From: a virus
Length of the DNA: 64,000 nt
Reading direction: 5' to 3' (one strand)
Virus record (IMG/VR): IMGVR_UViG_3300045988_107814
Span: 1 to 64,000 of that record
This document shows, piece by piece, positions 55,494 through 64,000 of the stretch; position 1 is the stretch's first letter; each line of letters opens with the position of its first letter. The translations under genes and the position numbers were made by a program. The notes under the pieces were generated by a model. The model saw only the letters and a list, made by a program, of their open reading frames with translations, searched no databases and was not told where the DNA came from.

Positions 55494-56363
55494 ATGAAGA
55501 AGATTTATGATATTGATATATCTCCTATTGAGATTAAGCAAATCAATAATACTATATATAAAGTATTCTTTAGAGAAAATATAGAATCTTTAAATACAGA
55601 TAAAGTAAGTTGTGATGAATATACAATATTGACTGAAAATTCAACTCCAGAAGAAACAGAAACAATTGAAGCTTTCGTAGAAGCTAATAAAGAAATTCTA
55701 TTATCTTCTGCTATTGAACAGGATAAAATCAAATCTAATCAAAATAAGATTGAAGATATGCAAACTGGATTAACAAATACAGATTATAAAGTTCTAAAGA
55801 ATCTTGAAAATTTTATGATCGGTATCCCATTTGAACAAGATTTATCTTCTATTTGTGCTAATAGACAATTGATGCGTGACTCTATAAATAATATTCAACA
55901 AGATATTTCTGATGATGATGACTTGTTATCTCAGGCTAAACAAAGAAAGATTAATGAGATTAGTCTTACTTCTCAGTCTATGATTATTAATGGTGTAGAA
56001 TTTAATAGTAAAAGATATAGATTAAATACTACTGATCAAATTAATATGTCAGCTTTAAGTGCTATGGCTCAAATGGGTAATAAAGTTCCATATCATGCTG
56101 ATGGTGAAATATGTAGAATATTTGAACCAGAAGAAATGGTACAACTTGCTCAGACAGCTACTAATTGGATTGTATATCACACTACTTATTTCAATCTTCT
56201 AAAACATCAAATTCTAGAATATGATAATTTGGAAGATGTAGAAAAAGTATATTATGGTACAAAGCTTAAAGACGAATATCAGCAAATTATAAATACTATC
56301 ATATCTAATGGATCGACAACAACAGATACTACAGAGTCTGGTGGTGGCACTTTAAATGAATAA
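55494..56363 (+). CDS. hypothetical protein in fibre module (possible fibre-associated/assembly protein)
   Basis: 289-aa ORF with an AAGGAGG SD; position only. Confidence 0.45.
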   Translation: MKKIYDIDISPIEIKQINNTIYKVFFRENIESLNTDKVSCDEYTILTENSTPEETETIEAFVEANKEILLSSAIEQDKIKSNQNKIEDMQTGLTNTDYKVLKNLENFMIGIPFEQDLSSICANRQLMRDSINNIQQDISDDDDLLSQAKQRKINEISLTSQSMIINGVEFNSKRYRLNTTDQINMSALSAMAQMGNKVPYHADGEICRIFEPEEMVQLAQTATNWIVYHTTYFNLLKHQILEYDNLEDVEKVYYGTKLKDEYQQIINTIISNGSTTTDTTESGGGTLNE

Positions 56364-56790
56364 AGCAATCAAATATCTTGTCTTAGGATGGATAGGTGGA
56401 GCTGTATATGTGATTATGGAAATGGCATTTAGAGGAAGAAGTCATTGGACAATGTTTATCTTAGGAGCTATTTGCTTTATCTTATTAGGACTTATTAATG
56501 AAATATTACCTTGGTCTACGCCTATTGAAATACAAGCAATTGTTGGCTCTTGTATAATTACTACATGTGAATTTATAACTGGATGCATAGTAAATCTATG
56601 GCTAGGATGGAATATATGGGATTATTCTAATATTCCATTAAATTTACTAGGACAAATATGTCTTCCATTTAGTCTATTATGGGTAGCAATATCTATTTTA
56701 GGAATAGTGGTTGATGACTATATACGGTATATATGGTTTAATGAAGAAAAACCTCATTATACATCTATCATATTTAAAAGAAAGAGGTGA
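56356..56790 (+). CDS. integral membrane protein (4 TM), resembling the 'putative ABC-transporter type IV'/CmpB-like family
   Basis: YLVLGWIGGAVYVIMEMAFRGRSHWTMFILGAICFILLGLINE...NIWDYSN has 4 hydrophobic helices. The family call is from memory. Confidence 0.5.
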   Translation: MNKAIKYLVLGWIGGAVYVIMEMAFRGRSHWTMFILGAICFILLGLINEILPWSTPIEIQAIVGSCIITTCEFITGCIVNLWLGWNIWDYSNIPLNLLGQICLPFSLLWVAISILGIVVDDYIRYIWFNEEKPHYTSIIFKRKR

Positions 56791-56795
56791 TATAT

Positions 56796-57476
56796 GTGCA
56801 AGTATTAACTCAACTCGATATGAATAAAAATCAAATTATAAATGTAATTGTTCATAAAGTATCTACAGATCCAGTTGCTTCTGCTAATAATGAAGGAATG
56901 TTTATCTATAATACAACTGAAGAAAAATTAAAATATTTTAATGGTGCAGAATGGGTAACTCTAGGAATCGGATCTGGTGGTGGAGTTAAAATTGATACTA
57001 TACTCAATGATTCATCTACTAATAATAATGCTGCTGGTTCTAAAGCTGTTGTAGATTATGTAGCTACAATGCTTGCAAATATTGATACCGTTATTAATCA
57101 AATAAAAGCAGTATCTACAAACTCTGTGTTAATTGTTAATAATAATGGTAATATAAGTGGTATAAAAATAGATTCTGTGGTTACAGAAAGTTCTAATAAC
57201 TTAGTAACTTCTAAAGCTGTATATAATGCTATTAAGAATATTACTGGTACAATTACAAAAACTAGTTATACTTGTCCAGCTATTACAGGTGTTGATAATA
57301 AATGTGTATGGGAAATAGAACTAGAACATACAGTGCCAGCAACCGTTCAAGTATATAACAGTGCTAATGAAATGGTTATAGCAAAGATTAAAGATAGTGC
57401 TACAAAAATCACTATTATATTTAATGGATTATCCAAAATAAATGCTAATCAATTTAAAGCAATAATCATATACTAA
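56796..57476 (+). CDS. tail fibre/receptor-binding protein (short)
   Basis: Probable GTG start at 56796, 8 nt after AGAGG. LTQLDMNKNQIINV and FIYNTTEEKLKYFNGAEWVTLG are fibre N-terminal motifs. Confidence 0.5.
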   Translation: MQVLTQLDMNKNQIINVIVHKVSTDPVASANNEGMFIYNTTEEKLKYFNGAEWVTLGIGSGGGVKIDTILNDSSTNNNAAGSKAVVDYVATMLANIDTVINQIKAVSTNSVLIVNNNGNISGIKIDSVVTESSNNLVTSKAVYNAIKNITGTITKTSYTCPAITGVDNKCVWEIELEHTVPATVQVYNSANEMVIAKIKDSATKITIIFNGLSKINANQFKAIIIY

Positions 57477-57497
57477 TATATAAGGAGGTATTATATT

Positions 57498-58508
57498 ATG
57501 AATGATAAATTCCCTAGTGTATTTATCGATAGTGATAAACCAGAGTTAGTTTGTGGTATTAAACAAGAAAAAGAATGCCCTTGTCAACCACCACAACCTA
57601 AAGAATATCATAGAGAAGAACCTGTAGTAAATAGACCTTATTCTGATATGCCAGTTCCAGGTCCATTTGTTCCAGATTATCAAGTTCAAGAAATTGGTGA
57701 AGCTTGCCCAAATCCAGTTCCTAATACTTATTTAGCTCCTGGTCATTGTCATCATAAGCCAGATCATGATTGCCACTGTCATCCAGATAGAAATCCTCAT
57801 CCTATGGAATGGAATTGTGAATGTTGTGGTCCCTATGTGACAAAGCATGAATTAAATAGAATTCTTGCTCATATTGCAGAAGCTGATATTTTTAAAGATC
57901 TATCTGAAAATGGTACTACAGTTTCTGTTGGTGGTATTAAGAAGGGTACAAAATTTAATAAGCTTACTTTATCTAAGTTAGTAGAATTAATGTTATACCC
58001 AGAAATTAATATTGATGATGAAGAATATGCTTGTGAAACTCCTAGTGGTAGAACAGTTTTAAATTCTACAGTAAAACACGAAATGGGAGATCTTAAAGAA
58101 GGAGATTCTTTAAAAGGTATGACAATCTCTCAAATTCTAGAAGCTATGTTATGCGGAAAGAATTTATGGGGTACTTATCTATGGAAGTCTGATATTGTAG
58201 ATGTAGAAGCAAGTACGACTACATTAGATGCTGAAGTATTATTCCCTGAACTTGTAAAAGATTACGATTGGAGACATACTTATGATCTCTTAGTAATTTG
58301 CAAGAAAGATGATAAATCTACAGAAGCTAATTATAAATATAACGAAATGATTGCTAATATTTATAATAAAGATCAGAAGACAAATGTTTCTATTGAAGGT
58401 GTACCGTCTGATCTTAAATGGAGCTATAATCCAGAAAGCAAGAAGATTACACTTCATACAGATACAGAAATTACAACTGCTATTTGTGTAGTATTAATTA
58501 GAAGATAA
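57498..58508 (+). CDS. Cys/His/Pro-rich protein (paralogous motif with 53138..53710)
   Basis: ECPCQPPQPKEYH...GHCHHKPDHDCHCHPDRNPHPMEWNCECCGPY, then a globular C-terminal part. Confidence 0.7.
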   Translation: MNDKFPSVFIDSDKPELVCGIKQEKECPCQPPQPKEYHREEPVVNRPYSDMPVPGPFVPDYQVQEIGEACPNPVPNTYLAPGHCHHKPDHDCHCHPDRNPHPMEWNCECCGPYVTKHELNRILAHIAEADIFKDLSENGTTVSVGGIKKGTKFNKLTLSKLVELMLYPEINIDDEEYACETPSGRTVLNSTVKHEMGDLKEGDSLKGMTISQILEAMLCGKNLWGTYLWKSDIVDVEASTTTLDAEVLFPELVKDYDWRHTYDLLVICKKDDKSTEANYKYNEMIANIYNKDQKTNVSIEGVPSDLKWSYNPESKKITLHTDTEITTAICVVLIRR

Positions 58509-58513
58509 AATCT

Positions 58514-58537
58514 AGGAAGGGAGTAAAATCCCTTCCT
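58514..58537 (+). terminator. intrinsic terminator
   Basis: AGGAAGGGA-(6 nt)-TCCCTTCCT followed by TTATTTTT. Confidence 0.8.
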
Positions 58538-58553
58538 TTATTTTTACTGATTT

Positions 58554-58565
58554 AACATTTCAATA
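58554..58565 (+). promoter_or_regulatory. AACA-N6-TA promoter-like motif
   Basis: AACATTTCAATA(AT), after the terminator at 58514..58537. Confidence 0.55.
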
Positions 58566-58592
58566 ATTATAAATGTAAGGAGATGTATAGAG

Positions 58593-59315
58593 ATGAATAC
58601 ACCTAGTTTTATTAAAGTAAAAGATAATTCATATTTATTTGCAAATGAAGGTACGATGAAATTCTATATTCCAGAAAAATATTTCTCCAACAAGTTGGCT
58701 CAATTTGAAGGCGAATGTATTTCTCTATTTGGAATGTTTTCTTATGCTATTTTTGATAAGAATGACAAAGCTATTGGTAAATTACGAACCTTTAAATTTC
58801 CTATTTCATTTCTAACTAAGCCTGATGAAATAGAAATTGCAAAAGGTATTGTTCTTACTAGTAACAACAAACCATCTGATTATAGAATTCTTAAATATCA
58901 TAAAGACGGTGTAGTTGTTGTAAACTATAATATTGCTGAAGATGCTGAAAATATTCAACGTTGGTACTCTGCTATTGATACAGGTGCCTTGCCGAATAAC
59001 TTACCATATGATGAATTACAAAACTATTTTCTTAGAAATGTACAGTTGACTGGAAATAAGTATAGTGTTTCATTACAACTTATTGGAGTTGTAATTAGTG
59101 AACTTTGTCGTTCTAGAAAAGATATTAATTCACCTTTTAGAATGTCTGGATCTGATGATATGAATAATTATCAATGGATGTCCATTAAAGATATTCCAAA
59201 GGGTACTTCTCCATTCACTGCATTACAATCAGAAGAATGGGATAAAGCGGTTATTTCGTCTATCACATTGGATACTAACAAAGATAGTCCGTTAGAGAAA
59301 ATTATGATGGATTGA
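58593..59315 (+). CDS. hypothetical protein, likely virion/late protein
   Basis: 240-aa ORF; AACATTTCAATA lies 28 nt upstream of the ATG. Confidence 0.7.
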   Translation: MNTPSFIKVKDNSYLFANEGTMKFYIPEKYFSNKLAQFEGECISLFGMFSYAIFDKNDKAIGKLRTFKFPISFLTKPDEIEIAKGIVLTSNNKPSDYRILKYHKDGVVVVNYNIAEDAENIQRWYSAIDTGALPNNLPYDELQNYFLRNVQLTGNKYSVSLQLIGVVISELCRSRKDINSPFRMSGSDDMNNYQWMSIKDIPKGTSPFTALQSEEWDKAVISSITLDTNKDSPLEKIMMD

Positions 59316-59392
59316 TGTAGCTAAGTTTTAACATAATGATAAAAGGTCATGTAGCCCAGCTATAACCTTATAATCAAATAATATATAAGATT

Positions 59393-59404
59393 AACACACA
59401 CATT
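59393..59404 (+). promoter_or_regulatory. AACA-N6-TT variant promoter-like motif
   Basis: AACACACACATT; 35 nt upstream of ATG 59439. Confidence 0.3.
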
Positions 59405-59438
59405 TTGAAAATTTATTCTATAAAAAGGAGGATAAAAC

Positions 59439-62400
59439 ATGAGTAGATATCCAGGCACTCAGTTTAAAGTGCATGATAATTCTCAGGCTACTGCAATTGT
59501 ACCGGTATCCAATACTAACATTGCTGATGCTGTACAATACTTAACATCCTTTGCGTCTGTTAAGGGTCCTGAAGGTATTACTCTTACCGCTGGTGAAGAT
59601 TTCTATACCAGATATGGTACTCAAGACAATATTGATTTCAAGAAATATGGACAGCCATTATTTCAGGCTTCTATGAACGTAAACAACGGAGCTGCTCTGT
59701 TGGCTAAGAGAGCTGTATTAGATGATGCAACTCTTGGTAACGCAACTCTTAGTGTTGTACTTACCAAATATAAAGATGGTATTATTACACCTGATACACA
59801 ATATTCTGATCTAATCGGTAAAATCGATTTTATTGAAAATGGACCTTCTAAGTATTCTATTGCTCCTATGGTATTTAGTATTGATAACAGTAATGGTTAC
59901 AAGTTTGCTAATACTTTAGTTAATGAATATAAAGAAAAATATGATTTATATAAGGAATTTATTGAAGATGTAATTGCAAATGATAATACACCTGATAATA
60001 AATTCTTAAATAAGTTATATCCTAATAGTGCTGAAGAAGGTAAAGACAATAGTACAGATACAATTCTGAGTGGTTTTACCCAGTCCATTTATTATACTGA
60101 AGATGGTAAACTTGTAGATGTAAATAAGTCTGGTAAAACTTCTGTACGTAAGGTAAGTTCAATCACTGTAGGTCCTTGTAATACTCAACAGAACACATAC
60201 TCTAGTAACTTTGATGCAAAATTAAGTATTATTGATAATGGTGAAGGAGTTGAGGGTACTGCTATTGACTCTAGTACAGACAAGCCTACTGGTTGGACTC
60301 TTTATAAGCTTGGTAAAAATACTGGAGATGATAGTGCTACTGTTAGATGTGCATTTAATAAAGATGCAACAGAAGTAACTTATAAAATTCCAGTATCTAA
60401 GGCTGTTCCAATTAGCAGAATTATTGTTGCTGACAATGAAGAAAAAGCTAAACCTGAATTAGCTGATATTGTTAAAAAGCATCCTGAATGGAATGATGTA
60501 AATACTTTTAATTTGGATACAGCAGAAGAATATGCAATTGTTATTGATAAATCTGTTGCTTCAGCAGATGTTGTTAACAAAGCTGGTTATACTTCTACAT
60601 CTCGTTTAATGAATGACTTAATGATCAAGAAGAGTAAATACATTATCTGTGAATATGTATTCCCAATGTTTACTATCTTTGATAATGGTCGTGGTGAATC
60701 TATTAAGTCTATTGCTATTGAATATGATGCTGCATCTTCTGTAACTCTGAAGAAAGCTCTATATACATTATCTGTATATAACTATGCTACAGCTAAGAGA
60801 TTAGAAAAGTTCAACTTCTCTCTGAATCCTTATGCTCGTAATAATAACACAGGTTATTCTTTCGATATCGAATCTTCTGTAAACTATAATTCTAAACAGA
60901 TTTCTGTTAAGGAATATTATGAGTCTTATGATGCATTACTTGAAACTTTACAGTTAATTTTGGGATCTAGAGATGATAAGGTTGTTGAGAACTATGATAT
61001 TCTGTTTGGTCATAACATGAATGGTTCTTATCCAGCATTTAATTCTTATCCTGTTTCTAATATCTTAAAGAGAAACACATATATTTATGACTATGCACAT
61101 CTTGATGTGTTTGACAATGACGTAATTACTGTTAATACATTCTGTGATAGTGATAATATGACTGAAGTAGGCAATGCAAATGTTAAGTATTATTACTATA
61201 ACTATATCAGACAACAGAAGGCATTACTTGAAAGACTTGAAATGGGTTCTGATGGTGATTGTTTAACTAGAACCAACGATACTGATCCTAATAATAATCT
61301 TAAGGTTCCGTTTATCGTAATTGATACAAGCGATAATACAAAGGCTAGTGGTGCTTATTCTACTGCTGATCTTGTTGAATTAACTGGTCAAAAGAATGGT
61401 TCCTTCATTTCTGATTCTTCTGAGCATGGTCTTACTTCTGTGCCAACTGTTCCTTCTAACTTCTGCAAGGTTAAGTTGACTGTTCGTAAGGCAACTATGT
61501 ATACTCCAAATGATCCTACTGATAAATCTGGAGCATCTACGGGAACAGAAGTATATATCTCTGATAATGAATTAACTAGAGCAAGAACAGATATTATTGT
61601 TACTACTAAGCCAACAACTGTTACTAAAACATGTTATGTACTTAGCAATGACGATGTAACATCTGTTGATGTGTATATTCCTCTGTCTACTGATTATATG
61701 TATCAGGAGCAATATAGACGTTTCTTCTCTGGTGAATTTGACAAGGATATCTTCAATCTTGATATTTACTTCCCTAATGCAGTATTCGATGCTAACTATG
61801 CTAATACTGTAAAACTTGCTATTCAAAGACTTGCTGCTTACAGAGGCGACTTTATGTGCTATATGGACATGGGCGTTGGTAAAGTAAATAGCTATGCAGA
61901 CTGCTTTGAACTAGTTCCTTCTACCGCTGGTGGTATTGAACTTACAGAGGCTGGCAATTCTTATAGCTATGTAAGAGATATGCATATTGCTGTTACATGC
62001 TTGTCTTATAAGATTCGTAACCCATATGATAACAAGGTAATTGCTGTAACTGCAACATATGGTTTATCTAATCTATATATCAACCATTTCGCTAATGATG
62101 CTAGTAAGGTATTCGCTGGTATTTCTAACGGTATCACTATTAATAATGCTATCAATGGTACTATTAATTATATCCCGAAGATCTATCCTACTAGTGAAAT
62201 GACTTCTCTAAATAACATTGGTGGTGTATATCCATCTGATGATGAAACTATCATTAATGAGAAACAGCTTATGTGTGATTTAAAAGTTAACTATGGCTGC
62301 TATTACGATGATAGATTCTCTATCGAAACTGAATATACTATGAACGCTACTGAATCTGAGTTCTCTTATTGGAACAACGTAGCACTTGTATGCTTAATGA

Positions 62401-62678
62401 TGCAGGCTATTAGAAAGGCTTGTCCGTCTGCAAGATATCAATTTATCACTGCTAACGACTTGTCTGTTTACAAGACTGCTGTTGAAGCTGCTATGGAACC
62501 TTGGAAGAACAAGTTTGCAAATATCAAGTTCAAGTATGTTCAAGATGAAGCTGCTATTGAAAACAAGATCTTCTATGCTGCTATTGAAGTTGTATTTAAG
62601 CCATTTGCTCAAGCTGAAATCTTCGAGTTAAGTGCACTTAACTACTCTACTTTATCTGGCAACATTACAAACGTCTAA
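59439..62678 (+). CDS. large virion structural protein, possibly tail sheath with insertion domains
   Basis: 1079 aa. The N-terminus MSRYPGTQFKVHDNSQ resembles the sheath N-terminal PG....(E/D).S pattern. It is followed immediately by a 373-aa gene after the fibre module. The identification is weak. Confidence 0.4.
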   Translation: MSRYPGTQFKVHDNSQATAIVPVSNTNIADAVQYLTSFASVKGPEGITLTAGEDFYTRYGTQDNIDFKKYGQPLFQASMNVNNGAALLAKRAVLDDATLGNATLSVVLTKYKDGIITPDTQYSDLIGKIDFIENGPSKYSIAPMVFSIDNSNGYKFANTLVNEYKEKYDLYKEFIEDVIANDNTPDNKFLNKLYPNSAEEGKDNSTDTILSGFTQSIYYTEDGKLVDVNKSGKTSVRKVSSITVGPCNTQQNTYSSNFDAKLSIIDNGEGVEGTAIDSSTDKPTGWTLYKLGKNTGDDSATVRCAFNKDATEVTYKIPVSKAVPISRIIVADNEEKAKPELADIVKKHPEWNDVNTFNLDTAEEYAIVIDKSVASADVVNKAGYTSTSRLMNDLMIKKSKYIICEYVFPMFTIFDNGRGESIKSIAIEYDAASSVTLKKALYTLSVYNYATAKRLEKFNFSLNPYARNNNTGYSFDIESSVNYNSKQISVKEYYESYDALLETLQLILGSRDDKVVENYDILFGHNMNGSYPAFNSYPVSNILKRNTYIYDYAHLDVFDNDVITVNTFCDSDNMTEVGNANVKYYYYNYIRQQKALLERLEMGSDGDCLTRTNDTDPNNNLKVPFIVIDTSDNTKASGAYSTADLVELTGQKNGSFISDSSEHGLTSVPTVPSNFCKVKLTVRKATMYTPNDPTDKSGASTGTEVYISDNELTRARTDIIVTTKPTTVTKTCYVLSNDDVTSVDVYIPLSTDYMYQEQYRRFFSGEFDKDIFNLDIYFPNAVFDANYANTVKLAIQRLAAYRGDFMCYMDMGVGKVNSYADCFELVPSTAGGIELTEAGNSYSYVRDMHIAVTCLSYKIRNPYDNKVIAVTATYGLSNLYINHFANDASKVFAGISNGITINNAINGTINYIPKIYPTSEMTSLNNIGGVYPSDDETIINEKQLMCDLKVNYGCYYDDRFSIETEYTMNATESEFSYWNNVALVCLMMQAIRKACPSARYQFITANDLSVYKTAVEAAMEPWKNKFANIKFKYVQDEAAIENKIFYAAIEVVFKPFAQAEIFELSALNYSTLSGNITNV

Positions 62679-62697
62679 GGAAAGGAGGAAGTAATTA

Positions 62698-63819
62698 ATG
62701 GCAATCTCTAATACTGCTACTTCTGTAGCTACTAAAGGTGCATTTAAGGGATTAAAGACTCCTAGAGAACTTTTGAATTATAATCTTATGAGAGGCGTTA
62801 CTGACTTTAGTAACCTCAAACAATGGGATCTATATGAAAAGGGTTATCCATTCTTGGTTGTTGTTTCTATTCCTGACTTTTTAAAAGACTTATCTGCTAA
62901 GGATGATAATGTAAAGGTTATTATTAACAACTACGTTCATATCCTTGAGAATGACTTCCGTGGTATTGACAATATCGATAACATTACTGGTGAAGCAGCT
63001 GGTGAAATCACAAACGGTATCAGATCTATCCAGTTAATCAATAAGGTTACCAAGGCTTCTAACTCTAACTTCTCGTTACAGTACTATGAACGTTCTGGTT
63101 CTATCCTTACAAAGGCTCATGAGCTTTATTTAACTGGTATTAAGGATCCAGATACTCAGGTTAAGCATTATCACGGTCTAATCGATGACTGGGTATTCAA
63201 GGGTGAAGATGGCCCTAACCATAGTGGTAGTGATCCTGGTCCTCACAGAGAATGCTTTACATTTATGTATTTCTTAACTGATAATACAATGACTAAGATC
63301 GAACGTGCATTTTTAATTGCTGCTTGTCAACCTACAACTGCAAACTATTCTGATTTATATTCTGGTAACAAGGGTGATATCCAGTTTGCTGAAATTGCTC
63401 TATCGTTTAATGGATTCTTCATTAACAACGATTATGTATATCAGAAGGCTCAAGATATGTTACTAGCTATGCGTAATCCTACTAACAAAACTGATACTAG
63501 AATTATTGTCGATAGTAACAACTTCAGATACAATGCAATTGCTAATGCTGGTATTGATGCCAAAAAAGAAAATGATAAGTTTGCTACACCTGGTTATTGG
63601 AGTGAAGCAGCTGGTAACGCTTCTGCTAATCTTGAAAAAATGGATACCGTCATTACTAATCAATCCGCAGTATTCTCTGATACTACAGATGCACCTGGTG
63701 GAAATAATAAAAAAGGTGACACTAATGGTGATGTAGATATGTATAGAAACGTTGTAGCTTCTATGATTGATAAAGAACACTTAACTAACGACACTTATAA
63801 AACTAGTGGCGACAAGTAA
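62698..63819 (+). CDS. virion structural protein, possibly tail tube
   Basis: Tightly coupled to the preceding gene (AAAGGAGG, 19-nt gap) with a strong terminator after it. Assigned by position only. Confidence 0.3.
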   Translation: MAISNTATSVATKGAFKGLKTPRELLNYNLMRGVTDFSNLKQWDLYEKGYPFLVVVSIPDFLKDLSAKDDNVKVIINNYVHILENDFRGIDNIDNITGEAAGEITNGIRSIQLINKVTKASNSNFSLQYYERSGSILTKAHELYLTGIKDPDTQVKHYHGLIDDWVFKGEDGPNHSGSDPGPHRECFTFMYFLTDNTMTKIERAFLIAACQPTTANYSDLYSGNKGDIQFAEIALSFNGFFINNDYVYQKAQDMLLAMRNPTNKTDTRIIVDSNNFRYNAIANAGIDAKKENDKFATPGYWSEAAGNASANLEKMDTVITNQSAVFSDTTDAPGGNNKKGDTNGDVDMYRNVVASMIDKEHLTNDTYKTSGDK

Positions 63820-63830
63820 TTAAAAATAAT

Positions 63831-63858
63831 TCCCAGATGGATTAGATTCCATCTGGGA
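63831..63858. terminator. bidirectional intrinsic terminator
   Basis: TCCCAGATGGA-(6 nt)-TCCATCTGGGA between convergent genes. Confidence 0.8.
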
Positions 63859-63864
63859 TCTTTA

Positions 63865-64000
63865 TTATTGTTCCTGATTATCATCATTTGTCGCCGCAGC
63901 AACATGTTGTTTTGCCTTATGTGCAATATCTTCAAGCTCTTGAATATTAAGATAAGATCCAAGATTATACTTATTAATTTCACGAATAACTTCATTTTTA
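63865..64000 (-). CDS. C-terminal fragment of a hypothetical protein (gene continues beyond window end)
   Basis: The frame gives ...KNEVIREINKYNLGSYLNIQELEDIAHKAKQHVAAATNDDNQEQ* with TAA at 63867..63865, directly followed by the shared terminator. The track ORF 63795..63995 in another frame runs through the hairpin and looks spurious. Confidence 0.55.
   Translation of the reverse strand, partial: KNEVIREINKYNLGSYLNIQELEDIAHKAKQHVAAATNDDNQEQ

Noticed and set aside
59316-59438. Moderately GC-richer intergenic stretch with repeated (A/C)TGTAGC words, checked as a possible tRNA or small RNA
   Set aside because: No cloverleaf can be drawn: there is no acceptor/T-arm pairing and no GTTCRANYC box. 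It more likely holds the promoter and leader of the large structural gene.
1615-63780. Dozens of 60-125-aa ORFs in the track lying antisense to or nested in long genes. Examples are 1615..1800, 3495..3719, 7042..7368, 7744..8121, 20067..20354, 27739..28326, 36047..36556, 53120..53485 and 63463..63780.
   Set aside because: They have no SD and their sequences are low-complexity Ile/Leu/Phe/Ser-rich, typical of the reverse strand of AT-rich coding DNA. Each overlaps a much longer ORF with recognisable motifs or good translation signals.
63795-63995. Track ORF on the minus strand at the right edge
   Set aside because: It runs through the terminator hairpin at 63831..63858 and into the end of the preceding gene. 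The neighbouring frame gives a sensible hydrophilic C-terminus ending exactly before the hairpin, so I annotated that one (63865..64000).
1-64000. Search for CRISPR arrays, tRNA/rRNA genes, integrase, transposase, reverse transcriptase/DGR repeats and inteins
   Set aside because: I found no regularly spaced direct repeats, no RT (YxDD) or recombinase motifs, and no Cys/Ser...HN intein boundaries within conserved genes (terL, the chaperonin and beta-prime appear contiguous).

Overview
Very AT-rich (about 30% GC by eye), densely coding dsDNA with no rRNA, tRNA, CRISPR array, integrase or transposase that I can recognise. It reads as a segment of a large (jumbo-type) tailed phage of a low-GC Gram-positive host. 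Nearly every gene has an AGGAGG-type Shine-Dalgarno, and a GH25 endolysin lies at the left edge. Calls I can support from motifs: GH25 endolysin (partial), terminase large subunit, and a GroEL-like chaperonin. Also an anaerobic ribonucleotide reductase NrdD, split by a 337-nt ORF-less group I intron, with its activase NrdG. Also the N-terminal half of a split multisubunit RNA polymerase beta-prime subunit (DYDGD catalytic loop), a Zn-finger/TOPRIM primase, an XRE HTH protein and a PD-(D/E)XK nuclease. Further calls are a gp25/GpW-like baseplate protein, a MYG1/UPF0160-like phosphoesterase, a DUF2829/Tad2-like protein, a protein-kinase-like protein and YD-repeat proteins. A tail-fibre module is followed by probable sheath/tube genes. 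Positions 1-43 kb are almost all minus-strand genes with four plus-strand islands; from 43 kb the genes are mostly plus-strand. Most gene blocks end in a clear stem-loop terminator. Most blocks also start behind an AAC(A/T)-N6-TA motif. This resembles, from my memory of the literature, the promoter recognised by the non-virion RNAP of Bacillus phage AR9/PBS1. Items most worth follow-up: two homologous sigma-A-like promoter + structured-leader + higher-GC small-ORF cassettes; a GC-rich 12-codon mini-gene with a perfect SD; the kinase-like protein; the YD-repeat proteins; and a pair of Cys/His/Pro-rich proteins flanking the fibre genes. Over half of the proteins have no assignable function. All functional calls come from motif recognition by eye, and no database search was possible. 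Hairpin and motif coordinates were counted by hand and anchored to ORF ends, so they may be off by 1-2 nt.
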